Virus record (IMG/VR): IMGVR_UViG_3300033182_000595
Location: 1-64,000 of that record
Reading direction: 5' to 3' (one strand)
Length of the DNA: 64,000 nucleotides
Source of the DNA: a virus
Shown: in pieces, positions 1-11,100 of the stretch
Layout of the letters: each line of letters begins with the position of its first letter
Numbering within the stretch: position 1 is the stretch's first letter
Made by a program: the position numbers and the translations under genes
Notes under the pieces: model-generated
The model's database searches: none
What the model was told of the DNA's origin: nothing
The model's input: only the letters and a program-made list of their open reading frames with translations

Positions 1-1482
1 TGGATAGCCAAGAAGTTATCAATGAGTTATGCAGACTCTAGTGGTACTCCGATACAAGGTATAAAATCAGTAATTAATGATTATAATAATGGGTCAAGAA
101 GGTCATTACAATCAGTAGGTGATGGATATACATCGCTAGTGAATATAGTTCCTAACTTTGCAAATGATTTAACATACTCTTCTACATCTGATGCAAATGG
201 AGATAGTGCAGAATTGGAGGTCACAACCGCAGTTTGGACGGGTTCAAAAACCGATTTGGATATTTATGGGCAATGGGACTATAGGTCTAAAAATAATGGT
301 AACGATGACATATTTGATATTGCTCACGCTCATTACGATTATCTGATTTCAGTTTCAACGGTAGCACTTAAAGGTTTAGGCACTCTGAATGTACCTGTTG
401 TATTATTTAACGACTCATCACTTACGGAGTCCGACAAAACTATAGTTGATGCCTATGAGGAGATTGATACACCTCAGAGGTTCTACGACAGGGCAAAAGC
501 CTATCTGGTAGACAACTACGCAGGAGAGACAGCAACGATTGTTTCTCGTTCGGGCAACTCCATTGATGCGGGCTCTTACGATGTGGTGGTTGATGGGAAT
601 GTTACAGACGCTGCTTCTGCATTTTCGATTAGTGGTAACACATTAACCATTAAGGCAACTAGATTTACAGGGAATATACTCACATCAGGAACCGCTACTC
701 TTTCTAATGATGCTGTAGTGATTGGTACATTTAAAGATACCACCGTCCTTCAATGGGGTGTTAAAAACATAGAGGCTACCTCTAGGTTGCAGTTATACAA
801 TGTAACCCAAGATGCCGAGGTTCTTACCACAAAACTTACAGGCACCGCTGGAGCATTAGTAGACACAGACGGAACATACACATCCTCCGAGATCGCAGTA
901 GGTGATGTAGTAAGACTTCGTGTGACATGTGTAGTAGGGGATGAAGCTATGCTTCCCCTGGAGGTAACAGGTGTTGCCACAACTGCAGGACTCAATTTCT
1001 CCATAGATCAGCAAGCAGATACTATTTATAACTCCAATGCTATAGATGGTAGTGCCATAAGCTCATGGACTGCAGATTTCACAAACACCCCAATGGGAGT
1101 GGATCTAAGTGAATCTGATGGTGTAGCAACTGTTCAAGAAATCTATGCCTTCATGGTATACTCACAGACCACAGCAGACGGAGTGGATAAATGGTTCAAT
1201 GTGGTGCGTGCAATCGATAGTAGTAATTACCAAATAGACCAGGCCATTGCAGATATTAAGATACAGAATATTGGTAATGTGGCGGTAAACATTACAGGAG
1301 GTAGAATATTCAGAAAAGATGGAGCATCCGTACTTTATGCAGAAGATGGAGATAAGCCTCTTACCTTAGATACAGGCGCATTGGTAGCAAATATCAAACC
1401 GCAGATAGATGACGCACTTAATACTAATTCAAAAATTTCTTCAATTAACAATAACTCTAAATTAATACCGAGTTTATTATAA
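1..1482 (+). CDS. Virion structural (tail-associated) protein, probably 5'-truncated by the window edge
   Basis: Frame is open from position 1; acidic, Thr/Ser/Asp-rich beta-type sequence; directly upstream of fibre genes. Confidence 0.55.
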   Translation, partial: WIAKKLSMSYADSSGTPIQGIKSVINDYNNGSRRSLQSVGDGYTSLVNIVPNFANDLTYSSTSDANGDSAELEVTTAVWTGSKTDLDIYGQWDYRSKNNGNDDIFDIAHAHYDYLISVSTVALKGLGTLNVPVVLFNDSSLTESDKTIVDAYEEIDTPQRFYDRAKAYLVDNYAGETATIVSRSGNSIDAGSYDVVVDGNVTDAASAFSISGNTLTIKATRFTGNILTSGTATLSNDAVVIGTFKDTTVLQWGVKNIEATSRLQLYNVTQDAEVLTTKLTGTAGALVDTDGTYTSSEIAVGDVVRLRVTCVVGDEAMLPLEVTGVATTAGLNFSIDQQADTIYNSNAIDGSAISSWTADFTNTPMGVDLSESDGVATVQEIYAFMVYSQTTADGVDKWFNVVRAIDSSNYQIDQAIADIKIQNIGNVAVNITGGRIFRKDGASVLYAEDGDKPLTLDTGALVANIKPQIDDALNTNSKISSINNNSKLIPSLL

Positions 1483-1521
1483 CAATGAGCGCTATGCTTA
1501 AACCAATAAATAACTAATACA

Positions 1522-2316
1522 ATGCCAGTCGACACTACATCAGTATTCTATAAGATCGGGCAAGGCGTAGCCTCCCAGATCTCCAACAATAACGCCGGAT
1601 TCCTGAGTACAGCTAATACCTTTACGGGTGCCCAAACTTTCTCGGGTGGAGTAGCAATCAACACATCTAACCTTACAGTAGATGCAACAGCTACCTCTAC
1701 ATTCTCGGGTGGGGTAACCATCCAGACGAATGCATTAGCAGTAACGAGTGCATCCACATTCTCAGGTGGAGTAACAATCAATACTTCCGCACTTGATGTT
1801 AATGCAGGAGCAACCATCAACACCTTGCAAGTTGAAGACTTGACTGCAGGTCGTGTAGTAATTGCCGGATCATCTGGAGAGATTCAAGATGATGCAAATC
1901 TTACTTTTGATTCTACCTCTCAGACATTAACCACAGTAAATGGTGCATTTGGTGGTAACATTGTAGTTACAGGAAATCTTACCGTACAAGGTACAACCAC
2001 CACATTGGACTCAGATAATCTGTCTGTTAAGGATAACCTTATCATTCTTAATGACGGTGCCGCTGAAGTGTCAACAGAAGCTAATACTGCAGGTTTCTTA
2101 TTTGAGCGGGCTGACGGAACAAAGAATGCCGCATTTGTATTCGATGAAACAGGCGATCGCTTTGAGCTTGGTCTCGATAGTGGCACAGGTCAGGCATCCA
2201 CCCTTGGTACGGTATCCCTTGGTGGACTTGCCGTGAATGAATTATTCATCGGAACCAGGGCATCCACCCAGCCTTTGGGAGATCTCGCTGACTTCACTGC
2301 TGGATTAAGCGCTTAA
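1522..2316 (+). CDS. Tail/fibre-type structural protein
   Basis: Three TFSGGV(A/T)I repeats and a VTGNLTVQGTTTT motif typical of aquatic phage fibre proteins. Confidence 0.6.
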   Translation: MPVDTTSVFYKIGQGVASQISNNNAGFLSTANTFTGAQTFSGGVAINTSNLTVDATATSTFSGGVTIQTNALAVTSASTFSGGVTINTSALDVNAGATINTLQVEDLTAGRVVIAGSSGEIQDDANLTFDSTSQTLTTVNGAFGGNIVVTGNLTVQGTTTTLDSDNLSVKDNLIILNDGAAEVSTEANTAGFLFERADGTKNAAFVFDETGDRFELGLDSGTGQASTLGTVSLGGLAVNELFIGTRASTQPLGDLADFTAGLSA

Positions 2317-2328
2317 AATTATTAGTTG

Positions 2329-2363
2329 GGGGCTTGACTGCTTCTGGTCAAGCCCCTAATTTA
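2329..2363 (+). terminator. Putative intrinsic terminator
   Basis: GGGGCTTGAC-N8-GTCAAGCCCC perfect 10-bp stem, followed by an AT-rich tract, just after the stop at 2316. Confidence 0.55.
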
Positions 2364-2365
2364 TA

Positions 2366-2388
2366 TGTAACACTAAATTTATTGTAAC
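2366..2388 (+). promoter_or_regulatory. GTAACAC-N8-GTGTWAC-type operator site
   Basis: TGTAACAC TAAATTTAT TGTAAC immediately before the ATG at 2392. Confidence 0.6.
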
Positions 2389-2391
2389 ACT

Positions 2392-4500
2392 ATGGCATCA
2401 AACATTACCGCTAATACAACCCATCCTGCAAACTCGCAAATTATCTTGCGTAAAGGTACTGGGGGGACACCACTTTCACATGACGAGGTAGACGGAAATT
2501 TTATTACCTTGATGGATGGCCACAACGATGTGGTCACCGCACTTGGTACAAAAGCCGCATCTAGTCACACACACTCATCCGCTACTGCATCTAGTGCTGG
2601 ATTCATGTCCACGAGCGACAAAAGTAAGTTGGATGGCATTGCTAGTAGCGCAAACAACTACTCATTACCGAACGCAACATCGAGCGTACTTGGTGGGGTG
2701 AAAGTAGGGACTGGTATTAGTGTAAGTTCAGGTACGATATCTGTAAGTAACGCAACTACTTCGGCGAACGGATTGATGTCATCTAGCGACAAGTCAAAGC
2801 TTAATGGCATTGCGAGTAGTGCAAATAATTATAGTTTGCCAACCGCATCTTCTAGTGTGCTTGGTGGTATTAAAGTAGGTAGTAACCTTTCTATCTCAAA
2901 TGGGGTGCTAAGTGCCAACACTCAAAGTGGTACATATTCCTTACCTACAGCAACCTCCTCTACTCTTGGTGGTGTAAAGATTGGTAATGGTATCAATATT
3001 TCAAGTGGCGTTATTAGTGTAAAATCAAATGACGCAGCTCTTAATGTAGCATCTACTGGACTGACTTTAGATAAAGCATCAGCAAGCGGATATGGTGTAG
3101 TAAAAATTGGTAGTGGAATTTCTGTAAGTAATGGTGAAATAAGCGTAGCCAATACATCCTACACCTTACCAACTGCATCTGCTTCTACTCTTGGTGGAGT
3201 GAAAGTGGGTAGTGGATTATCCATTAGTAATGGAGTATTGTCCGCAACAGCAACTTCTCCAAGTAACTTATCGTCCACACACTTATCACTCCTTAATACG
3301 GCAAGTACTGGTGGAGCAGACATTGAAATAGGAGGAGCGGAATACGCTTTTATTGACCTCAAAAATCCTCAAAGCGATGATTATGACCTCCGGATAATTT
3401 CACAGAGCACTTCAGATCCTGTTGTCCATAACTCACTTGTTCGATTGGAATCATCGGGCAAGCTTGGTCTTGTCGCGGGCGCACGACCTAGCCTAAGTAC
3501 ACCAGGTAATGAAGTTGTGACAGTTATGGACCAACATAAGTCAACAGGTCTTAAGTCACAAGCTGATGGATCAGGCGGATTTACTGCAGAGTGGGTAGAT
3601 GGTGAGAATGGAATGAGTGTTAGAATCGGTGGAGATGATTCTAATTATGTAACTAATACTGTTGATGCCACTACTATTGGTTTCCCTACAGCTGAGATTG
3701 AATGGAATCCACACTTCATGGTTCGCGGTGATGCTAGGTTCTTAAGGAATGGTGCAGAAAATATGCCATTAGCAGTTTTCGAGGGAACTTCTGGAGACGC
3801 AGAGGCCTCAATAGTTTTAGCAAATAGTGAAGGTTTGTCATCCAAGGGTACAGTGATGATTCACACTTGCTCAAATTACGATCACCTAGGTTCTTCTTGG
3901 TTTAACTTTGGAAATCAATCACACTTGGGTAAAGCTATTTGGGGATATGTGTTAGCCAATGCTGCAGGAGATACTCATGGGGTGGAAATTAATCAGACAG
4001 ATGGTGCGTTTACACCAATGCCAGACAATAAAACCAACCTTGGTTCTTCTGGCACAAGGTGGAAGCAACTGTTTGCAGGAACAACCAGTATTTCAACTTC
4101 AGATATTAACCTGAAAACCGAGATTACTGATCTTGATGAGGCAGAAAAACGAGTAGCTGTAGCATGTAAGGGACTTGTTAAAAAATTCAAATTCAAAGAT
4201 GCAGTAGCTGAAAAGGGAGATAAAGCCAGGTTTCATGTTGGTGTAATTGCCCAGCAAGTTGAGCAAGCATTTATTGATGAAGGTCTCAATGGATGGGACT
4301 ATGGTATACTTTGTAAGGACGACAGTTGGAGCGGTAAGGCTAAACCAACAGGATCGAACCCAGCAGGTGCGGAGTTAAACTTAGATCATGAGCCAACAGC
4401 TAATGACCTAGAAGCAGTAGACGCTGATGGTTTTACTAAGAGCACAAAGTATTCAGTTAGATACGAGGAGCTTTTCGCGTTTATAATCTCGGCATTGTAA
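2392..4500 (+). CDS. Tail fibre with C-terminal intramolecular chaperone (peptidase S74-like)
   Basis: About five YSLPTASSSVLGGVKVG-type repeats; C-terminal SDINLK...GVIAQQV...VRYEEL chaperone signature. Confidence 0.85.
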   Translation: MASNITANTTHPANSQIILRKGTGGTPLSHDEVDGNFITLMDGHNDVVTALGTKAASSHTHSSATASSAGFMSTSDKSKLDGIASSANNYSLPNATSSVLGGVKVGTGISVSSGTISVSNATTSANGLMSSSDKSKLNGIASSANNYSLPTASSSVLGGIKVGSNLSISNGVLSANTQSGTYSLPTATSSTLGGVKIGNGINISSGVISVKSNDAALNVASTGLTLDKASASGYGVVKIGSGISVSNGEISVANTSYTLPTASASTLGGVKVGSGLSISNGVLSATATSPSNLSSTHLSLLNTASTGGADIEIGGAEYAFIDLKNPQSDDYDLRIISQSTSDPVVHNSLVRLESSGKLGLVAGARPSLSTPGNEVVTVMDQHKSTGLKSQADGSGGFTAEWVDGENGMSVRIGGDDSNYVTNTVDATTIGFPTAEIEWNPHFMVRGDARFLRNGAENMPLAVFEGTSGDAEASIVLANSEGLSSKGTVMIHTCSNYDHLGSSWFNFGNQSHLGKAIWGYVLANAAGDTHGVEINQTDGAFTPMPDNKTNLGSSGTRWKQLFAGTTSISTSDINLKTEITDLDEAEKRVAVACKGLVKKFKFKDAVAEKGDKARFHVGVIAQQVEQAFIDEGLNGWDYGILCKDDSWSGKAKPTGSNPAGAELNLDHEPTANDLEAVDADGFTKSTKYSVRYEELFAFIISAL

Positions 4501-4520
4501 TATGGCGGGAATGCCCCGTC

Positions 4521-7079
4521 ATGGATAAGTACCAAAAAGCCGCTAAGTTACTCAATTCTAAAGCTCCCGTTGACGGACAGTTCGGGAAGGAAAGAATTGC
4601 GTACCTTAATCCCCTAGAGGAAGAGATACTCAAATCCATTGGTGGATCGGGTGAGGTAATCATCCCGTCCGCTGAGGAGCAGTCAGATCCCAATGTGCCT
4701 TCTTATGGACTGATAAAATGGTTCAAGAAGAAGATCGTAGATGACATCCTAGGGATAGATGACGATAGGTTCCTCGGAATGAAATCAAAAACATTCCTTG
4801 GGAAAATCGGCAATACCATCATGGATGATTGGTTGGGGTACGACTCAAATAAATCCTTCGGTATTAGTGATGCTACATGGGATGACCTAGGGAGTTGGGG
4901 TGCTTATTTGGTCGGTGGTCCGTTAGCTTCTCTTGCATGGTCTGTTGGCGATAAAGTTGTTGAGAACAACTCAGGGGACACAAGTGGAAGGCAAAGACAA
5001 AGAGAAGAGTTTGCTGAATTGAAGAATGCTTTCGAAGCAGACAGGGCGGCGGCACTTGCTAGAGGGGACAGGACATTCTTTTTTCAAGGAAGAGAGTATT
5101 ACACTGATGATAATGATGATGGTTCTGCTCGATATGGTAGTGCGGGAAATGCTCAAGGTTCAACTGCCGCAGGTACTGCGACGCCTAAAGGATACGATGA
5201 GGAAGGGCTTGCCAACCTTCGATCTGTAGCTGGAGCATTACAGGGTAGGGGTAAAGCCGGAATCATTGACCCATCAGATACGGGTAGACTATCTGCATTA
5301 CTTGCATCACCAGGTGATGAAAACTATGTCGAAGGATTTTCTATTGGTGGGCAGGACATGGATCCATTTCCTCGTTGGCTCAGGGGGGCGGGAGATAGAA
5401 TCAATAGTACTATAGATGATACGGGGTACTATGCTGGAGAATATTTAGGGGACGCAGACCAAAGGATGTATGACTTTATGCCGATCTTGGATCGGATGAA
5501 GGGCATGAACATTGATGCGATATCCACGCTTGGTTCTATATTTGATAAGGGAGAGGGGGGACTGGAGTCTCAGTATCGTGGATTCCAGGATGATTTTAAT
5601 ACACTAGCGGAGGGGCAGAAGCTACTTAATACAATTACTGCCGAGTCCAATCAAGGCTTAGTGGATGATGTACTAGGTGCTGGAGATCAATACTCTGCAT
5701 CTTTAGCTGATGCCAAGAACTTACAGACCGCACTAACTGATAAATCATTTGATGCACTCTCATCGCTTGAAGATATCAAGCGCATGCAGAACATGGAGCA
5801 AACAGGTAGGTTTGCTGATACAAGAAATGCCAGACAGGACGCCGCTTTTGATCTTAGTGATGCGGAATATGGAGCCGCTACTGGACTCAGTGGTGCAGAG
5901 TATGGTGCTTCAGATAAACTTTTTGGTGCCCGCGGTAAAGATGCAAGGGGCATACTTGGCGCGCAAACCAACGAAGCAAATAATATATTTGGCTCAGAAG
6001 CTAATTCCGCTCGTGGTATATTAGGGGCGCAAGACAATGAAGCACTTGGTATATTCGGGGCGCAACAAGGAGCCGCTGATCGCATACAGAATGCAGAAAG
6101 AGCAAAGGCTTATGCCGCGGGAGCAAATGCAGAAAACCTAGCCAATGCAGGTCAGCGTGGACTCAAAACATCCATGCTTGGGCAAGGAGAGGGTACGATG
6201 CAGAACATGGGTAACGCCATGATCCGCGCACAACTTGGTCAGCAACGCTCCGACTTACTAGCAGACGCATTGATCCGTGATGCGGACAGAAGAGGAACCG
6301 CAGATATAGAATTAGCACAAAGACTGGGTGGTTCTGGTGTTGGATTCGCAGAAAGGATGGGAGATGCTGGTATAAGTAGATCTGAGAGACTCGGAGAGGC
6401 GGGGGTAGACTTTGCTGATAGAATGGGTAGTGCGCTAATTGATAGAGCAAGCCAAAGAGGAGAGTCAGATATCGGTCTCGCAGGAAGACTAGGGCAATCC
6501 AATATCAATTTAGCAGACCGAGTAGGTGGAGCAGAGACACAATTCAGGAATCAGCTAGAAAATATATTATTCTCAGATGCTGATAAATTAGGGGCAGAGA
6601 TCGAGGCAGATAGATTTGCCACACTAGCAGAGATGAACCCCGGTGAGGGTAACATACTTGCAAATGAAGCAAACCTCCAAAATAAGCTACGGGCTCTCGG
6701 GTACGGGGATCAGATACTCAACGCAATGGGTGCAAATATCGGTATCGACCAAGCAACTCTTGATGATGAGCGTAGATTACTTAGTGACCTTACTAATATG
6801 CGTCTCGGTAATACTTCTCTTATACCTGCACTTGGTATGCAGAACGCACAACTTCCAGCTACATTGCTTGAGGCGGCACTTGCACCAATTGGTCCACTTA
6901 TAAGGAACGCATCACCATATACTACAACTGGTCAGCTACCCGCTCCAGTTACTACATTCTCACCAATCGCACCACCTCAGCAGAAGAATGAGTGGTATGA
7001 CTATGCAATGATGGCGCCACAAATACTTAGTGGTATCAAAGGAATAACAGATATCTGGGGAGGAGGAAATAACTCATGA
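4521..7079 (+). CDS. Putative internal virion/ejection protein
   Basis: N-terminal AYLNPLEEEILKSIGGSG...VPSY module; Gly/Ala-rich helical 11-residue repeats; lies between the fibre and the giant virion protein. Confidence 0.6.
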   Translation: MDKYQKAAKLLNSKAPVDGQFGKERIAYLNPLEEEILKSIGGSGEVIIPSAEEQSDPNVPSYGLIKWFKKKIVDDILGIDDDRFLGMKSKTFLGKIGNTIMDDWLGYDSNKSFGISDATWDDLGSWGAYLVGGPLASLAWSVGDKVVENNSGDTSGRQRQREEFAELKNAFEADRAAALARGDRTFFFQGREYYTDDNDDGSARYGSAGNAQGSTAAGTATPKGYDEEGLANLRSVAGALQGRGKAGIIDPSDTGRLSALLASPGDENYVEGFSIGGQDMDPFPRWLRGAGDRINSTIDDTGYYAGEYLGDADQRMYDFMPILDRMKGMNIDAISTLGSIFDKGEGGLESQYRGFQDDFNTLAEGQKLLNTITAESNQGLVDDVLGAGDQYSASLADAKNLQTALTDKSFDALSSLEDIKRMQNMEQTGRFADTRNARQDAAFDLSDAEYGAATGLSGAEYGASDKLFGARGKDARGILGAQTNEANNIFGSEANSARGILGAQDNEALGIFGAQQGAADRIQNAERAKAYAAGANAENLANAGQRGLKTSMLGQGEGTMQNMGNAMIRAQLGQQRSDLLADALIRDADRRGTADIELAQRLGGSGVGFAERMGDAGISRSERLGEAGVDFADRMGSALIDRASQRGESDIGLAGRLGQSNINLADRVGGAETQFRNQLENILFSDADKLGAEIEADRFATLAEMNPGEGNILANEANLQNKLRALGYGDQILNAMGANIGIDQATLDDERRLLSDLTNMRLGNTSLIPALGMQNAQLPATLLEAALAPIGPLIRNASPYTTTGQLPAPVTTFSPIAPPQQKNEWYDYAMMAPQILSGIKGITDIWGGGNNS

Positions 7080-8167
7080 TGAATCCTCTGCAAGCTATGA
7101 TCGCCGCTCGTCAGGCGAACCAAATGCCTGGTCTTGGTGTGCAAGCACAGGGTGCCGCGCCCGCCATCAATCCATTGCAGTACGCACAGATGAATACTCC
7201 TCTGCAACCACAGATGATGAACGCACCAGCGGCTCGTCTGCAGGAGATGGATAAGCAGAAGTATATAGATAGTGCCCTGAATAGAGATCTACAGGATAAG
7301 CAACTTATATTTCAGGCCATGACTGCGGCTGATAATCGCAATGCACAAATGGCATTGGAGGCTGAACGCGCAAAGAATAACATGGCGCTAGAGGGTCAGA
7401 GGCAGACTAATGTATTGGACGCACAGGAACGGGCTCAAAAAATTGCACTTGAGACAGAAAGGCAAAAACTAGAAATACAGAGAGACCAGCAAGCAATCCT
7501 ACAGCAAGCAACTGATGAGCGATATGCTCCATTTGCGGAGGTAGCATCTAAGGCATTCGGTGCAATGAATGCGTGGTTTGGCGGTAAGCAAGAGGAGGCA
7601 AGAACCAATCTTGTTAAATCCCGCACACAGCAACTTGCACTATCTACGATCTCGTATGAGCAGATGGCAGAAGCGTGGAAGAATAATCCACAATTTGCTG
7701 GAGCCGCAGTCCCCGAGTACGGGTCTGAGCAACATATAAATTATATAGTTGGTGAGTTACAAAAGACCGAAGAGGGTCAGAAGCAGATCGCACAGATCAT
7801 GCAGATGGTGGATGCAGAGATCGCACAGAAATCAAAAGAGATAGTATCTGCATATAACACATCCTTAACTACCGCACAGAAATTAGGCTTTACCGTTCCT
7901 TCCTTATCCGAACCGGACATAGATCCAAGTGGAGGGTTGGGAACTATTAGTACGCTACCAGACGCAAGCATGCTTCCTCCTCTGTTACCTAAAAGCAAGG
8001 ACGGCTCAAAACCTGAGCCAAAGAAGAAGAACAACACTAGAGCAAACAGCTCAAGAGGTGCGACTCGTAGACCGTCCGCATTGGAAGGAGACAAGAGACA
8101 GAAGAGCAAAAGAGTTTATCCTGATAAAGAAGAGGAAGTAAAGCGTCCGACCAGGAGAACAGGTTAA
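7076..8167 (+). CDS. Putative internal virion/ejection protein (Gln/Ala-rich coiled coil)
   Basis: Overlaps the previous stop; helical composition; podovirus ejectosome gene position. Confidence 0.5.
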   Translation: MMNPLQAMIAARQANQMPGLGVQAQGAAPAINPLQYAQMNTPLQPQMMNAPAARLQEMDKQKYIDSALNRDLQDKQLIFQAMTAADNRNAQMALEAERAKNNMALEGQRQTNVLDAQERAQKIALETERQKLEIQRDQQAILQQATDERYAPFAEVASKAFGAMNAWFGGKQEEARTNLVKSRTQQLALSTISYEQMAEAWKNNPQFAGAAVPEYGSEQHINYIVGELQKTEEGQKQIAQIMQMVDAEIAQKSKEIVSAYNTSLTTAQKLGFTVPSLSEPDIDPSGGLGTISTLPDASMLPPLLPKSKDGSKPEPKKKNNTRANSSRGATRRPSALEGDKRQKSKRVYPDKEEEVKRPTRRTG

Positions 8168-8171
8168 TGCA

Positions 8172-11100
8172 ATGTCTCAATTCCTTAACGACCCTCAAAA
8201 CGAAGTAGTAGACCAACTGCGGAAGAGATATCTGGAGGAGTATGGTATTGATACCTCCAACTTCTCTAATGAAGAACTAATATTTAAGCATGGTCAGGAC
8301 TTGGAAGGTTCTGGCATGGATATGGATGGTATCGAGTCCGAGTATGGTGAGTTATTCAAGGATCAATACTATGACATTAAGAATCGTGCCCGCCCCGATC
8401 AAAGCTATGGGGATGACTTTGGGGATGCAATATCCAGTGCTACAAGCGGATTACAATCTACTGCACTAGGTGGACTTGGACTAGGCCTTGGTCAGTTAGG
8501 ATTTGAGGGGGCAGAGGATTACTTGCTAGGTAAAGCGGCGGAATATCAAGAGGAAGCCTCACAGTCTCGCCCTACTGTTGATCGATTTAGTGATGTTCGT
8601 TGGGATCGCCCTGAGGAGGTAGCTAGATTCCTTATAGGGGCAATGGGTGAAGTAATACCCAGTACCGTGGAGTCTGGGGGTGCGGCTCTATTGGGTGGTG
8701 GTATTGCTGGGCTTGGAGCTAAGACATTAGCCAAGACTGCTATAAGAAAGTCAATTAACGAGAGGTTAAAGAAAACCGTAGGTCAATCAGTTATAGACCT
8801 TGGCAAGGAGATCGCTAAGAAGAAGGCACTTACTCCATTCAATGTAGGTGCGGGTGCAGGACTTGCCGCTTCATCCTTCGGTCTTAGCTCGGGCGAGATA
8901 TACACAGAGCTATATCCATATACTCAACTAGATCCAAGCAATCCTGACTATGTAGACCCACAGGAAGCTCGTAATATATCTACTGGTTTTGGTTTTGTTG
9001 CGGGTGGTCTTGATGCGTTTGGTGCTGGCAAGCTATTGAGTAAGCTCACAGGTGCATCTGATAAGGTAGCATCGGGATATTTTAAGACCCTCCTGAAGTC
9101 ACTACCCGAAGGTATATTTGTAGAGGGTGGCACAGAAGTTCTGCAAGAGCTTATAAACATGACTGCGGAGAAGTATGCCCGTGGCATGGAGATGGAATTT
9201 AATGACCAGGAGATATCCAGACTATTTGATGCGGGTGTCCTTGGTGCAATAGGTGGTACTCAGTTCTCTGCTATCAGTGCGATCAAGGGAATACAGAAAA
9301 AAGAAATAGATCAAGATACATCCATGGAGCCTCAGAATGATATCCTTCTGTCTCTGGAGAGCTTGCTCGAGCGATTGTCCGATCAGCGGGCAGAGGATGA
9401 TTCTAGGTATGGAGTAGGGGATGAGGTAGAAATCGCACTTAGTGGTAACACAGGAACGATCACCAAGATATCAGGCAACAATGTGGAGGTGAAACTTAGC
9501 AACGGAGACTTAGCTGAGACCACCATGGATAGACTCACTCAGGCAGTGGATCCACAGGAGGAACTATCCCAACCACAAACCAAGTACCAAGAATTAAATT
9601 TTGACGAAACCGAGTCGAAGGTAGAGGAACCATCTGCTGAGAAGATAGTAGGTGGCGATGTAAAGATCCAAGACGAACCCGTAATCAAGCCAAAGAAGAA
9701 ACTACTTGGTACTGAGGTGCTGTCCATACAGGTAAAGGATGGGGACACAAGAACCAAAAAAGACTTAACCGTCACTCAAGCAAAGGATGCCAGGGAATTA
9801 TATGATGCTCTAGTGGAACTGTCCAAAAAGGATATGTCCAAGAATATAGGGTATGCTAATAAAACTGGTGGGTTTGCGGGCAATGTAAGATCGGCTCTGA
9901 TCTCACGGCTGGGTCAAGATAAGGTAAAGCGTCTATGGACACCTGAGAATATACAAGTCCTTAGAGATATGGGTATCCTTAACTACTCCAATGAGTGGCA
10001 GTTGGGTACTAAATTAGATGACGCACTTGACCAAAAGAATGAAGAGGAGCGGGCACAGAAGAGGAAGAACTTTATCAAGCGGGAAGGCTTTGCTCAGGAT
10101 AATGAAGTAGTCATCAGGGAAACAGGGGAGCAGACCAAGATCACGGAGATCATGGATAATGGCATGGTCAAGGTGGATGGGTCTGATAATCCATTCTTCC
10201 CTAGAGATCTCAAGAAGGTGGTTGCACCCAAGAAGCCTCGCAAGAGTAAGCCTAAGTCCAATAAGTCAAAACCCGCACAAGGACCAATCGAGGAAGTACA
10301 ACAGGAGATCGAGGAGGAAGTACCCGATCCTATATTCTTTGATGACGAGGGTGAGATCGTAACTGATGTAGACTTAGAGAATGCCAATATCGGATTCTCC
10401 TATACATCCGGCAAGGAGATCAAGCAGAACAGCCTGACCTTTGAGGGAGTCACCGACATTGATGGATTCATTGAAGGGGTAAAGGCATGGGTAAGTAATA
10501 CACAAAAAAACAAAAAGAGGTTTGATAGAAGACAGTTAGAGAACCTTCGTGGTCTTGAGATTGATGGAGTACTTTACCCGGTCGAGATAACAGATGACTA
10601 CATAAGTGTAGCGGGTCTTGATATATATACCACCGAGCGGGCTGACCTAGAAGCAAGGAGAGGGCCTGTACCTTTTCCCATCAATAACATGGTGACTGAC
10701 TCTGTTAGACTGGAGGACTCAATCAATAGTGACTCCACCCCAAATGGTAAGTTATTAAACACACAAGTATTTGCTACAACCAGGACAAAGAGTGCAGTAC
10801 TTCTTCGTAAACCCGCAAGTAAGAATAATGAAGAGTTCTTCAGGTTGGTAACTTTATCCAAGGGGAAGACAAGCCGTAAAACCATTCTCAAAGGATACGA
10901 CTCCGTAACAGGTAAGCATATCTATTTAAAGGAGGGAGTATCCAATAACTTCAGTGAGTACGAGATCGTAGGTAAAATAGAATCCACCGATGTAGTACCC
11001 AAGGATTTAGATGTATTCTTTGGTGACCTAGATGAGTTCATGGCAGACGAGCGTGTCGTTGAGTTCATGAATCGTCAGAAGGTGGAGAGTAAGTCTGAGC

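Noticed and set aside
2570-3250. DNA repeats as an array or diversity-generating element
   Set aside because: They are degenerate protein-level fibre repeats; no reverse transcriptase or template/variable repeat pair seen
7700-7730. AVPEYG as a fourth copy of the VPSY signal
   Set aside because: Internal position, lacks the upstream Asp and the following amphipathic helix; probably chance
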